A stretch of 64,000 nt of DNA from IMG/VR virus record IMGVR_UViG_3300003322_000571, positions 186,001 to 250,000 of that record. The stretch is one strand, 5' to 3'. The first letter of the stretch is position 1; each line of letters begins with the position of its first letter. Of this stretch, positions 45,996-55,111 are shown piece after piece. A model generated the notes under the pieces. That model was not told the DNA's origin. It saw only the letters and a list, made by a program, of their open reading frames with translations, and searched no databases. The position numbers and the translations under genes are program-made.

Positions 45996-47072
45996 TTATG
46001 CGCAGACTGGTGTATCGTCGTCCTGGTACAACCATTCCGTACCGTTGTAGTAAACGAACGCAATGCTGTGTGGTGTGTTTGGAAGAACGACTGGCTTCGA
46101 ACCAACTTGTTCAACCTTGATCACGTCGGAGTACAAAGCACCGTTTGGCGAACGTGTCGTCTGGAACAAAGACCACAAATCAGGAGCTGCTGCACCTGGT
46201 GTTACAACCGTACCTGCGTAGCCTGCAATAGCAGCAAACAAGTTACCGTTAGCAACAGCAACTGTCGAAGCGGCACCTGTCGTTGCGGAAGTGATAACGA
46301 TCTTACCTGCTGTCAAAGCAACCGTACCAGCAGCACCAACTGCTGTCGACAATTGCGAAACGAGGTTCGTAAATGTCTGAGCTGCGGAGCCGAGGAACGA
46401 TACTGGCTTAGCAACACCGTCAACAGTGATTGTAGCTGTGTATGTCGTTGCTGGAACTGCTGCCGTACCTGCAACTGCAGCTGCCGTAGACTGGTAACCA
46501 GCGAGTGCTGGGAACAATGTACCTGTACCAGCGATAGCAACCGTTGAAGATGTGCCTGTCGTTGCTGACGTTACTCGAAGAGCTGTCGTACCTTGTGCTG
46601 CGATCGTTGCAGAAGCACCGAGGTCAGCTTGGATTTCAGAGATCAATGCTGTGAAAGTCTGAGCTGCTGAACCAACAACAGAAATTGGCTTAGCGACACC
46701 GTCAACAGTGATCGTAGCTGTGTAAGCTGTTGCGTCGTTTGCGAGGCCAGTAGCCGTCGAACCAACAACAGTCGTGAACAAGGCGTCTTGACGACCTGCA
46801 GTAGCTGCCGTACCGTTGTTCAAACCAGTAGCTGTCGAACCAACAGCTGAGCCGTAGTTCAATTCAGCCTTACCAGCGGATGCTGGCGTCGTCGACGGTG
46901 CTGTACCGCCGTTAGCGTTAACGAAACCAATTACGATATCCTGGTCAGCAACACTGAGGTCGTCCCACAAGATCAACTTGCGAACACCACCTGATGTGCT
47001 GAGAACAACTGCGTTTTCTGTAGTACCGTCGAACTTAACGTTCTGCGGCGTTACGTATGCTGGATTTGCCAT
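45996..47072 (-). CDS. Ala/Thr-rich virion structural protein with a duplicated domain
   Basis: Two copies of YTATITVDGVAKP(I/V)S..GSAAQTF..L(I/V)S...A.GA...(L/I)..TSATTG..STVA; late promoter upstream. Confidence 0.7.
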   Translation of the reverse strand: MANPAYVTPQNVKFDGTTENAVVLSTSGGVRKLILWDDLSVADQDIVIGFVNANGGTAPSTTPASAGKAELNYGSAVGSTATGLNNGTAATAGRQDALFTTVVGSTATGLANDATAYTATITVDGVAKPISVVGSAAQTFTALISEIQADLGASATIAAQGTTALRVTSATTGTSSTVAIAGTGTLFPALAGYQSTAAAVAGTAAVPATTYTATITVDGVAKPVSFLGSAAQTFTNLVSQLSTAVGAAGTVALTAGKIVITSATTGAASTVAVANGNLFAAIAGYAGTVVTPGAAAPDLWSLFQTTRSPNGALYSDVIKVEQVGSKPVVLPNTPHSIAFVYYNGTEWLYQDDDTPVCA

Positions 47073-47129
47073 TTGTGTAGCTCCTAGAAATTAGGGTTAT
47101 AGCAATATTTATCGATTGCTAGTTGAAAC

Positions 47130-48086
47130 TCAGAAAGTTCCGCCGTCGATTTGATTAGAGAACTCAAGACCATCTTCAGAACTCTTAACGATTACAGCGA
47201 ACCCGGCTTGTCCAGAGTAATCATGCGGTACATCAGTCAATTGTGTAAAGAATGACAGAGCAGGAACAGGATCAGCAGCAATCCACTGTGCATCAGCTGT
47301 GCTGTATGTCAACAGTTGTGAATTTGTTGGATTAGGTACACTAACGTCTGCTAGCTGATCGAGCGATGTAGCAGCAATTGTGTTGTTAACGACAGTTTCG
47401 ACCGCTGATGCAAAATCCGTGATCGCTGCAGTCGTATGAGTGTGAACTGTAGCAGCTGCGCCAACATCAACATTGTTGAGAACAACATCGCCTGTCTTAC
47501 CATTGACGGAATCGACAGGAATGAGAGCTTCAACAGCCGTTACGAAGTCAGTGATTGCTGATGCTGTGTGAGTGTGAACCGTCGCCGCAGCACCAACGTC
47601 TACGTTATTAAGAACAACAGCACCCGTCTTTGTGTTGACCGACGTGACAGGTGGTGTAGGGATCAAAGCATTGACGGCAGCTGTGAAGTCGGTGATTTGA
47701 GAAGCAGTATGCGTGTGAACCGTAGCAGCTGCGCCAACATCAACGTTTGTAAGAACAACAGCACCCGTCTTTGTGTTGACCGACGTGACAGGTGGTGTAG
47801 GGATCAAAGCATTGACGGCAGCTGTGAAGTCGGTGATCTGTGATGCAGTATGTGTGTGAACCGTCGCTGCAGCTCCTACGTCAACGTTGTTAAGAACAAC
47901 AACACCCGTCTTACCGTTGACAGAAGCAACAGCTTGAGGGCTTGTGATAGGGATTACCGTTGCGCCACCAACACCACCAATGAACAGTTGGTTAGAACTG
48001 TACGAGAAAGCAAGTTCGCCTTCCTTCAAAGTAGGTGGTGTCGCAGTGGTCTGCGAACGTTTAATCTTAAGTGAGGTATCAGCCAT
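47130..48086 (-). CDS. Fibre protein with four HTH(T)-containing tandem repeats
   Basis: 47-aa unit SVN.KTG.VVL.NVDVGAAATVHTHTAS.ITDF..AV.ALIP; N-terminal KIKRS...EGELAF domain; C-terminus IDGGTF. Confidence 0.8.
   Translation of the reverse strand: MADTSLKIKRSQTTATPPTLKEGELAFSYSSNQLFIGGVGGATVIPITSPQAVASVNGKTGVVVLNNVDVGAAATVHTHTASQITDFTAAVNALIPTPPVTSVNTKTGAVVLTNVDVGAAATVHTHTASQITDFTAAVNALIPTPPVTSVNTKTGAVVLNNVDVGAAATVHTHTASAITDFVTAVEALIPVDSVNGKTGDVVLNNVDVGAAATVHTHTTAAITDFASAVETVVNNTIAATSLDQLADVSVPNPTNSQLLTYSTADAQWIAADPVPALSFFTQLTDVPHDYSGQAGFAVIVKSSEDGLEFSNQIDGGTF
47400..47935. repeat. Intragenic tandem repeat, 141-bp period
   Basis: 47609-47696 is identical to 47750-47837 (88 bp); flanking copies are diverged. 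Confidence 0.85.
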
Positions 48087-48151
48087 GACGACTCCAAAAT
48101 ATCGTTACTAAGTGTGCGGGTATTTATTGTGCCCGCACCCCCATTCCTGGT

Positions 48152-51100
48152 TTATCCGAAGAGGAACTGAGTTCCCATACCGTATTCATCAGGCTTATCA
48201 ACAACGTAGTCCTCAATCTCTTGAATGCACTGTTCAAGCGCTGTTTGAGCTGCTTGACGCAAGTCAGCAGAGTTGAGAGATACAGAGCCCCCAGCACCTG
48301 GCAACGTTGAATACTTACCGCGAATTTCAGCAAGCATCAAACGAGCTGTTGCAGCTGCATACTTACGAATCCACGTGCGAGCGTAACGGTCAGTCATAAT
48401 ATCCTGTTCCGTACGCTCAACAGTAGCTTCAATGGAAACTACAGGTTCAGATTCAGGGAATCGCGTGTACAACTGCAAGTGACGCGTTTGTTCATTCCAA
48501 TTGAACGTGATACGTGTAGAGAACAATTGTTCCATTAGACTCGTGTACTCACCCATCAAGTGGAAACTGAGCAAGTCGAACGTACCCATGTTGTACATAT
48601 GTTGCATAACAATCTGGCCATACACACCTGCACCGTGAGCAGAAGCAAGATACGAAGAGTTCATGCGGTAAACACCAAGAATGTCAACGATCTTGTTCAT
48701 TCCCTGGATCTTGTTTGTCAGGTAGTAATGCTGCGTATTCGGAAGGATACGCATGAAGTAGAAGCCACGCTTATATGCAATGCTAGAGCGACTACGCAAC
48801 TCTTCGAGAGCCTTTGTAATAGCGTAATCAAGCTGTTCCTTCGTCAATTCGACTGTCATGATCGGATAACCGAGCTCATAACGAATTTCGTTCATGATCT
48901 CAGCACGAATTGCATCATTGCCGTCTGTACCAATACCAAGTTCGTCATACGATGGAACATCAGAAGCGCCGTCTGTACCAGGCTTAGGATTATCGAGCTT
49001 ATTAGGAGCGTCGAGCGACTTAAACAACGAACCATCGGTAATTTGGACGTACGAGTAGCTACCGACTGTTGTGTCAGTAAACAGCAAATTACCACGGCAG
49101 TCAAGTTCAACTGTCGCGATCGGTGTTCCCTTAACCCAGCCTACACCGTTCCACTCTTTCAGAATTCCTGTTGAAGTGTCAAACCAGCACGATCCAGTTG
49201 CAGGCGTCAGCGGCGTCGTTGAATACGTTACCGAAACCCACGACACACCATTCCACATCTGCAAAGCAAGATTAGAAGGGTTAAACCAGAATGTTCCTGT
49301 TGGCAAGTTACGTGGATCGACGCCGGCTTTGACAGGAGAAATCTCTGTCCAACCTGACATATCCTTAACATACCACTTATTATTCTTCGTGTCGTGCCAT
49401 ACCGTACCGAGCGTGATACACGTTGTCGGATCACGTTCCCAGAAAATGTAGTCTACCGGCTTCCAGCAATTGTTAACCCAGATTTGGAGAACCTTCGTAT
49501 CGGGATTGTACCAAGCCCATCCTTCCTGCATAACAGGAGCAGCAGACGGATCAGTAGCTTGCTGGTAGAACTTCGCAACGGGAACCCACTTGCCGTGAAC
49601 GCCATCCCAAGTATTGAGAACGTCGTTGGCAATATCCCACCACAAGTCGCAGTAGCTACGAACAGTTGGATCAACTGGGAATGAGATAACGTCAAGATCG
49701 ACCCAAGCTGTGTTGGCTTGGTTGCGTTGCTTCAACGACTCGTCAGAAGGGTTATACCAGTACTTTCCTGGAGCTGGCGTAGTTGGTTCAGTTTCAGTTA
49801 CGGCAACGTTAGATTGCTCATTCCAGCCTGGATTCGGCGTATTCAATGCAAATAGCTTCTGGCGTGTTTCATCAAACCAGTAAGAACCAACAGCCAAAGC
49901 GTTTGGATCGACTTCTGATTGAACAGCAGTCGTTGCTTCCCACAGTTCGAGAACACCATTCCACTTGAACAACCCACCGTTCAAATCATACCAGTATGAA
50001 CCAGGAACAGGAAGAACACCGAGTGATGGGTCGGTTGTCTGCACGAACGTCATCACCGGACACCATGTGGCACCGTTCCACAAATATGCCTGAACCCCGT
50101 CGAACCAATATGACTTGTCAGCAATCGGAGCTGTCGGATCAGAAGAATAGTCGATTACAGTGACTGTAACCCATGTTGTACCATTCCAAAACGACAACAC
50201 GTTCGTTGTTGTGTTCAACCAATATGTACCGACAGGAACGAGGTTTGGTGGATCGACATCAATGATGACAGGAATCTCGACGTGGGCACTACCGTTCCAT
50301 TGATACAGTTTCTGTGTTGCACCGTTCCAGTAGTAACCACCAGTATTTGGTGCGTACGGTCCTTGTGCACAATTTTTCAACAAACCAAACTGTTTGTTAA
50401 TCGATGACACAAGGTCTTCGTAAGTCTGTGCGTACGTACCGTCAACTTCGATTGTGTAAGTTGGAGCTGTAGGTACGCAATCTGTAGGACGAACAGGAGT
50501 GATTGGCTTAGGTACAACACCGAGCTGAATCGAAAAGTCGTACTTGATCCCTGGCATTAGACCAGTGTAATCTGTTGGCTTAACGCCTTGCTGAGGGTTT
50601 GTAGAAGGATTGAGAATGACGACCTGAGAGCCGTTCGTTCCTTCGTGGCCACGGTTGGTGAAATCTTGGCTGTAAGCGTGAACACCTTCAACAAAGTAAC
50701 GGTACTGGCAATCCATAGGGAAACCAGTAACGTAGTACGGAGTGTTAGGCATCAAACCGTCGATATCGAAGAACTTCGTTTCGCGGTCATTGTAGAATGC
50801 ACCAATGACAAAAGCTGTCCCCAGCTTGTCACCAGCAAATAGGTTGGCATCCGCAGTCGCGTCAGAGCTGTACACCTGACCGTTCTTCGGAATCTTCGTG
50901 GCGTTTGTTGACGTTGTGTCAATAGTCACAAGCATACCGCAATATGCTTGTGTATCAGCCGTACAACCTGCCGCAGGCGTTGGAATATTCCAGCTCACGC
51001 GGCCCGTTGACGGGCCTGTGCGCTCGAATTTCAGCGTGATATTGATTGACTCAGCGCGGAGTAGGCCCGGTGCGTCAGGAATTAGATCGAGTGTGCTCAT
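48152..51100 (-). CDS. Neck protein gp13-like with very large Trp-rich repeat extension (982 aa)
   Basis: C-terminal ELGYP.MTVELT.EQLD.AI..AL and WIRKYAAA.A..ML..IRGKY..LPG.GG.V.LN; about 11 G.YW(Y/F)......L..W.G..W repeats upstream. Confidence 0.8.
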   Translation of the reverse strand: MSTLDLIPDAPGLLRAESINITLKFERTGPSTGRVSWNIPTPAAGCTADTQAYCGMLVTIDTTSTNATKIPKNGQVYSSDATADANLFAGDKLGTAFVIGAFYNDRETKFFDIDGLMPNTPYYVTGFPMDCQYRYFVEGVHAYSQDFTNRGHEGTNGSQVVILNPSTNPQQGVKPTDYTGLMPGIKYDFSIQLGVVPKPITPVRPTDCVPTAPTYTIEVDGTYAQTYEDLVSSINKQFGLLKNCAQGPYAPNTGGYYWNGATQKLYQWNGSAHVEIPVIIDVDPPNLVPVGTYWLNTTTNVLSFWNGTTWVTVTVIDYSSDPTAPIADKSYWFDGVQAYLWNGATWCPVMTFVQTTDPSLGVLPVPGSYWYDLNGGLFKWNGVLELWEATTAVQSEVDPNALAVGSYWFDETRQKLFALNTPNPGWNEQSNVAVTETEPTTPAPGKYWYNPSDESLKQRNQANTAWVDLDVISFPVDPTVRSYCDLWWDIANDVLNTWDGVHGKWVPVAKFYQQATDPSAAPVMQEGWAWYNPDTKVLQIWVNNCWKPVDYIFWERDPTTCITLGTVWHDTKNNKWYVKDMSGWTEISPVKAGVDPRNLPTGTFWFNPSNLALQMWNGVSWVSVTYSTTPLTPATGSCWFDTSTGILKEWNGVGWVKGTPIATVELDCRGNLLFTDTTVGSYSYVQITDGSLFKSLDAPNKLDNPKPGTDGASDVPSYDELGIGTDGNDAIRAEIMNEIRYELGYPIMTVELTKEQLDYAITKALEELRSRSSIAYKRGFYFMRILPNTQHYYLTNKIQGMNKIVDILGVYRMNSSYLASAHGAGVYGQIVMQHMYNMGTFDLLSFHLMGEYTSLMEQLFSTRITFNWNEQTRHLQLYTRFPESEPVVSIEATVERTEQDIMTDRYARTWIRKYAAATARLMLAEIRGKYSTLPGAGGSVSLNSADLRQAAQTALEQCIQEIEDYVVDKPDEYGMGTQFLFG

Positions 51101-51137
51101 ACGGTTCCTCTATGGAGGACCGTATTTATCGAGCAGA

Positions 51138-51755
51138 TCAGACTTCCTCTTCGTCTTCCAGAGCGATATCTGCAAGCAGCGCAATCAATGCGTCACGCTG
51201 CGATTGACGACGTGGTTTACGTGCTGCATCACGGAGAGCCTTCTTTTCAGCTTCTTTCTGTGAAATCAGCATTCGCACTTGTTCCTGAGCGATAATCGCA
51301 TCATCAACACTGCCGTAGTCGTCGCACTCCCGTACGACTTGGATGATGTCTTCGATCAATTCAGGGGCAATCACCAGTGCTTCCATGTGTGAGAGCCCGT
51401 CAAACAGTCGAACGGTTGGCTCGATCACGAGGTGGAACATTGGGAGGTTTCGCTTGCGCCAGTAGGCAAGCTCACTTTCGTCTCGTCCTGTCAAAAGATA
51501 CGACGACATGTCTTGCAGGACTTGTTGTGTGACGTTGAAATCAACACCTTGGTACTTTCGCTTGCCGAGCATTCGACGAGACATTTCGAATGAATCGCGA
51601 ACGCTGTCTAGAGCGGCGATCAAGTCCTGTTCTTCGGCAATAAAACGTCCGTGAAGAGGATCAGCGAATAAGCCAATCATCCTGATAAACGTTCGGACAC
51701 CGTTATGAATTTCTGCGCATTGTGCTTCTGAGTAGTTGGCGGTCAGGTAAGACAT
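51138..51755 (-). CDS. Hypothetical protein
   Basis: 205-aa helical ORF coupled to the upstream small ORF. Confidence 0.7.
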   Translation of the reverse strand: MSYLTANYSEAQCAEIHNGVRTFIRMIGLFADPLHGRFIAEEQDLIAALDSVRDSFEMSRRMLGKRKYQGVDFNVTQQVLQDMSSYLLTGRDESELAYWRKRNLPMFHLVIEPTVRLFDGLSHMEALVIAPELIEDIIQVVRECDDYGSVDDAIIAQEQVRMLISQKEAEKKALRDAARKPRRQSQRDALIALLADIALEDEEEV

Positions 51756-51929
51756 CTAAATCAAATCTTCTGGTTCTAATAATGAAATAGGTTTCACACG
51801 CGTCAGGCCCATCGCGTATTCCTGCTCAATCTGGTGCTCCATGCACAGCAAATTGAGCATCTTGCTCTCGAACGACACATCAGCATTGAGAATGTTCTGG
51901 ATGTCGATCGCGGTCATGTCTTGATCCAT
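51756..51929 (-). CDS. Small hypothetical protein (57 aa, absent from the ORF track)
   Basis: MDQDMTAIDIQNILN...LEPEDLI-TAG; the stop abuts the ATG of the 51138-51755 gene. Confidence 0.55.
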   Translation of the reverse strand: MDQDMTAIDIQNILNADVSFESKMLNLLCMEHQIEQEYAMGLTRVKPISLLEPEDLI

Positions 51930-51979
51930 GATCAGCCCTAGAGGTTTTAGATTTGCGCATCTTCTTAAACCCCAACGAA

Positions 51980-52003
51980 AAAGGCAACCGATCGGTTGCC
52001 TTT
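51980..52003. terminator. Intrinsic terminator
   Basis: AAAGGCAACCG-at-CGGTTGCCTTT; longer U-tract on the minus strand. Confidence 0.8.
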
Positions 52004-52025
52004 ATGCGTGAAAACTCTACGTAAA

Positions 52026-52634
52026 TTACATTACGCCAGGTTGTGCTGCCGCCTTGTTTGCGGAGAATGTTGTTTCACCTCGAGCTTCAGAACCGGCTTG
52101 CTGTCCGCCTTGACCTGCAGCTGCCTGACGCATAGCCTGGTCGATCTTCATTTGCAGAACACGAGCCGCTTGTTGAAGCGCTTTACCGTTTGGCTTGCCA
52201 ATTGCTGTGCTTTGCTCGTAGTCGTTAACAATCTTCTGGTACTTTGCGTACATATTCTGATCCTGAGCGCCAAGACGAGCAATTGGCACTGTCGCATACG
52301 TTACTTCGCCAGAAGGATCGACATTGACAGCAGCGAGTGCGCGAAGAGAGTTTGCCTTCTTCGTAGCGTCTTGCAAGTTAGGAAGCTTTTGCGATAGGAT
52401 ATCAACACCGGACAGGAATGCAGCGATTGAGTTTGCATTCATCAACTGGATTGGCTTGTTTTCAGCTGCAGTCGTAGCAATGTTCGCGAGGACATTTGTT
52501 ACGTTTTCAATCAAAACACCTGGATTTTCGCCTTCAATCTTGGCGAACTCAAGCAGGTTCGTGAACATTGTTGTTGCAGCGTCGATTTGCTCTGTCAGAG
52601 CTTGGTTTACCGACTTGATGAGATTAAAACTCAT
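52026..52634 (-). CDS. Hypothetical helical protein, possibly an internal virion protein
   Basis: Start moved to ATG 52634 after GAGGTG; Ala/Gln-rich C-terminus. Confidence 0.7.
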   Translation of the reverse strand: MSFNLIKSVNQALTEQIDAATTMFTNLLEFAKIEGENPGVLIENVTNVLANIATTAAENKPIQLMNANSIAAFLSGVDILSQKLPNLQDATKKANSLRALAAVNVDPSGEVTYATVPIARLGAQDQNMYAKYQKIVNDYEQSTAIGKPNGKALQQAARVLQMKIDQAMRQAAAGQGGQQAGSEARGETTFSANKAAAQPGVM

Positions 52635-52968
52635 TGTTAACACCTCGTTTCGTGTGGCGATTGAGCCATTTTTGTAGTTTGTTTCCGGTCCAGAACACGT
52701 CATGCTTGACATCACTTTCGATGTCCTTTGCACCGATGAATCGGACTGACTCAGGCGTTGGATTGTGGATATCTACGTGACGCCACTCAACGACAATTTG
52801 TGCCTTTGGCTTCAAGCCAACGAGGATCTTTTCCTCTTCAGATTCCCCAATAGTCAAAGAGCAGTACTTTTGCACATCATACACCTCTGTCGTAACGGGC
52901 GTATTCTTGATCGCATCAAGCAACTGCTTCTTGCTCTCGAGGTACTGTTTAAACGTTTGCTTTTCCAT
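52624..52968 (-). CDS. Hypothetical late protein
   Basis: MEKQTFKQYLES...; ATAAATA at 53002-53008. Confidence 0.65.
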   Translation of the reverse strand: MEKQTFKQYLESKKQLLDAIKNTPVTTEVYDVQKYCSLTIGESEEEKILVGLKPKAQIVVEWRHVDIHNPTPESVRFIGAKDIESDVKHDVFWTGNKLQKWLNRHTKRGVNNEF

Positions 52969-53033
52969 TAGTCCCATTCAAACCGTTGATTTGTATGGTG
53001 ATATTTATCGAAGTCGCAGAACGACAGGCAAAT

Positions 53034-53477
53034 TTAAGGGTTAGTTGGTACCCCGTTAGGTGTTGCTTGCCTCAGATCTACGTAAAACTTTTGTCCGCCA
53101 GTAAGTGAAGGTTTAGTTGTTACGTTTGCGTTGGGTGCAAACCTCTGTATTAATCGTTTGTAGAGGGCGATTCGCGACGGTTCTTCAGCTGTAAAGATCA
53201 CAATGTCTGGACGACGTTTGTTAACATAGTCATTAATTACCTTGATTACAGTACCAAATACTACTGACGATGCAGACTGATCGCCTGTGATATCAAACGC
53301 GTTTCGTCTGCCGTTTGGGTTTGATGACATAAAGTCGACCTCAACTGCTGTCTTTGCAGGGATGTACTTGAATCCAACGTAGTATTGAATTCCGTTCACC
53401 GCAAAAGTAGCTTCGTCATCTCCCCCACCAGCAATCCACTTATACTGAACCGGTTGTAGTAATTCGCACAGCAACAT
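53034..53477 (-). CDS. Hypothetical late protein
   Basis: 147-aa ORF, RBS GAGGA, TAAATA at 53500-53505, N-terminus MLLCELL. Confidence 0.7.
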   Translation of the reverse strand: MLLCELLQPVQYKWIAGGGDDEATFAVNGIQYYVGFKYIPAKTAVEVDFMSSNPNGRRNAFDITGDQSASSVVFGTVIKVINDYVNKRRPDIVIFTAEEPSRIALYKRLIQRFAPNANVTTKPSLTGGQKFYVDLRQATPNGVPTNP

Positions 53478-53520
53478 GTTGTTAGTCCTCTAGAACCTAT
53501 ATTTACACACGCAAAAGAAA

Positions 53521-53536
53521 ACCGCCCGAAGGCGGT
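53521..53536 (-). terminator. Intrinsic terminator
   Basis: ACCGCC-cgaa-GGCGGT with TTTTCTTTT following on the minus strand. Confidence 0.7.
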
Positions 53537-53543
53537 ATAGTGA

Positions 53544-54269
53544 TTATTCGTTTGCGTATGGATCGTATGGTGGCCATACAGGTGCAACATACGGGTGATG
53601 CGGTGTAATAGCGATCGTAGTATTACGGACACGACTATTAGCAGGAATACCACTCAAATCCCAATCAGGATCACCAAAATATAGTGTACCTGACTTTTGT
53701 GTTGTTGCTTCAAGACGATGGTACGCGTACGTTGTTTTGTCACGCAAGAACACATTAAACTTGAGATTAACGTGTGTGGCTTTGTTTGCAGGGAGAACAC
53801 AAAGTTGCTCATCCGAAACAATATATCCTTCATAGATCCACACAAATCGCAGACGGAGAAGTGTATCACCGGTTTCTGTTGGATCAGCAGGAACGTACTT
53901 CAGAATTGAGGACATGTCAACGAGATAATGTCCTTCTTTCCAGCCTTCAAGGTGTGGATACCAAGCAGGTGTTGAAACAGCAGCGTAAGTTTGATCGGCC
54001 AAAGGAAGATCAGTCCAATCCGACGGTGTAATCACATATCCACCATGCGTACTTGGATGAACTACACTGTTATACGAATGTTGGTGCGTTCGTGTTAGAT
54101 ACTCTGGAGGATGTTGCTCCAAAGACGTCACTTGACTTGCGTCAATAGTCAAAGCCGACTGATTGACATCGATTGTTGGGTTACCAGCAAGACCATCGCC
54201 GTTTGTAACCGTTACTTTGTCGCTTCCCGCGACAATTTCTCGAGTTGTACTAAAAACTAGACCTGACAT
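53544..54269 (-). CDS. Virion fibre/decoration-like protein
   Basis: N-terminal IVAGSDKVTVTNGDGLAGNPTIDV fibre-type motif; late promoter upstream. Confidence 0.55.
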   Translation of the reverse strand: MSGLVFSTTREIVAGSDKVTVTNGDGLAGNPTIDVNQSALTIDASQVTSLEQHPPEYLTRTHQHSYNSVVHPSTHGGYVITPSDWTDLPLADQTYAAVSTPAWYPHLEGWKEGHYLVDMSSILKYVPADPTETGDTLLRLRFVWIYEGYIVSDEQLCVLPANKATHVNLKFNVFLRDKTTYAYHRLEATTQKSGTLYFGDPDWDLSGIPANSRVRNTTIAITPHHPYVAPVWPPYDPYANE

Positions 54270-54396
54270 AATGATTACTCCTTCTAAATGTTGTCTAAAA
54301 TAGTAGATCCCACGAGAGGATCATATGTATTTAGGGTCAAATTTAGAGGAGTTACCTTACGTATCAAGCGTAGTCACCAATAATCCTACCAGTCCC

Positions 54397-54771
54397 TCAA
54401 CGACGTGGTTTTGGTTGTCTCGGTTGGAAAATTTGCGCCTGCACAGTACTGTCACCACGCAGAATTGCAGCCATCAACCTATGATTTCCATCGATAACAA
54501 CTAGTTGACCATCCTGATCAACCAACGTCAACGGAGCATTGGACGGTTGTTCCACGTAATGTTTAACGCGTGACCGAATCAGATACGGCTGACCTGTTTG
54601 AATAGCACTGATGGGAACGGTTACAACCGGCTGCTCCTTCAGCATCTTCTTGGTCACATTCGGCACATACACAGGCTTAGCATGCATCGTCAGTCCTGCT
54701 TTAACTGAACTGACATAATCAGGCCCAATAGGCAAAGCTGGCAGCTGTGACAATACTTCAAACACCTTCAT
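54397..54771 (-). CDS. ParB/Srx-like N-terminal domain protein
   Basis: VPISAIQTGQ...LVVIDGNHRLMAAILRG (DGxHR motif). Confidence 0.7.
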   Translation of the reverse strand: MKVFEVLSQLPALPIGPDYVSSVKAGLTMHAKPVYVPNVTKKMLKEQPVVTVPISAIQTGQPYLIRSRVKHYVEQPSNAPLTLVDQDGQLVVIDGNHRLMAAILRGDSTVQAQIFQPRQPKPRR

Positions 54772-54824
54772 AGTGATCCTCCAAGCAGCTATTTATTCTG
54801 CATACAGAACTTGTGAGTTACCTG

Positions 54825-55016
54825 TCAGTCGGGTATTACAGTGATCTGATATTGTTTTGTACTACCGATGCCAGCTGAAGCGACAATAGCGCCGTCAACA
54901 TATGCGTGAATTTGTGTTAATTGGTCGTTATACTGCGATACTGTGTAGTAATCACATGTCCTATTGATCATGGTGCGAAGCCCCGCTTCAGCTTCAACTA
55001 TGACAGTCAACTTCAT
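54825..55016 (-). CDS. Small hypothetical protein
   Basis: 63-aa ORF with RBS GGAGA. Confidence 0.5.
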   Translation of the reverse strand: MKLTVIVEAEAGLRTMINRTCDYYTVSQYNDQLTQIHAYVDGAIVASAGIGSTKQYQITVIPD

Positions 55017-55058
55017 ATGTAGATCTCCAAAGAGATCTACAATACCGTAACCGCAATA

Positions 55059-55084
55059 AAAAAGCCACCCGAAGGTGGCTTTTT
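55059..55084. terminator. Strong terminator after the major capsid gene
   Basis: AAAAAGCCACC-cgaa-GGTGGCTTTTT. Confidence 0.9.
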
Positions 55085-55111
55085 GAGATCGTCTTTCGAC
55101 TAACTTAGCAA

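Noticed and set aside
47400-47935. CRISPR-like array or DGR template/variable repeats
   Set aside because: The repeats are in-frame coding units with no unique spacers. There is no reverse transcriptase in the window and no adenine-specific mismatch pattern was evident.
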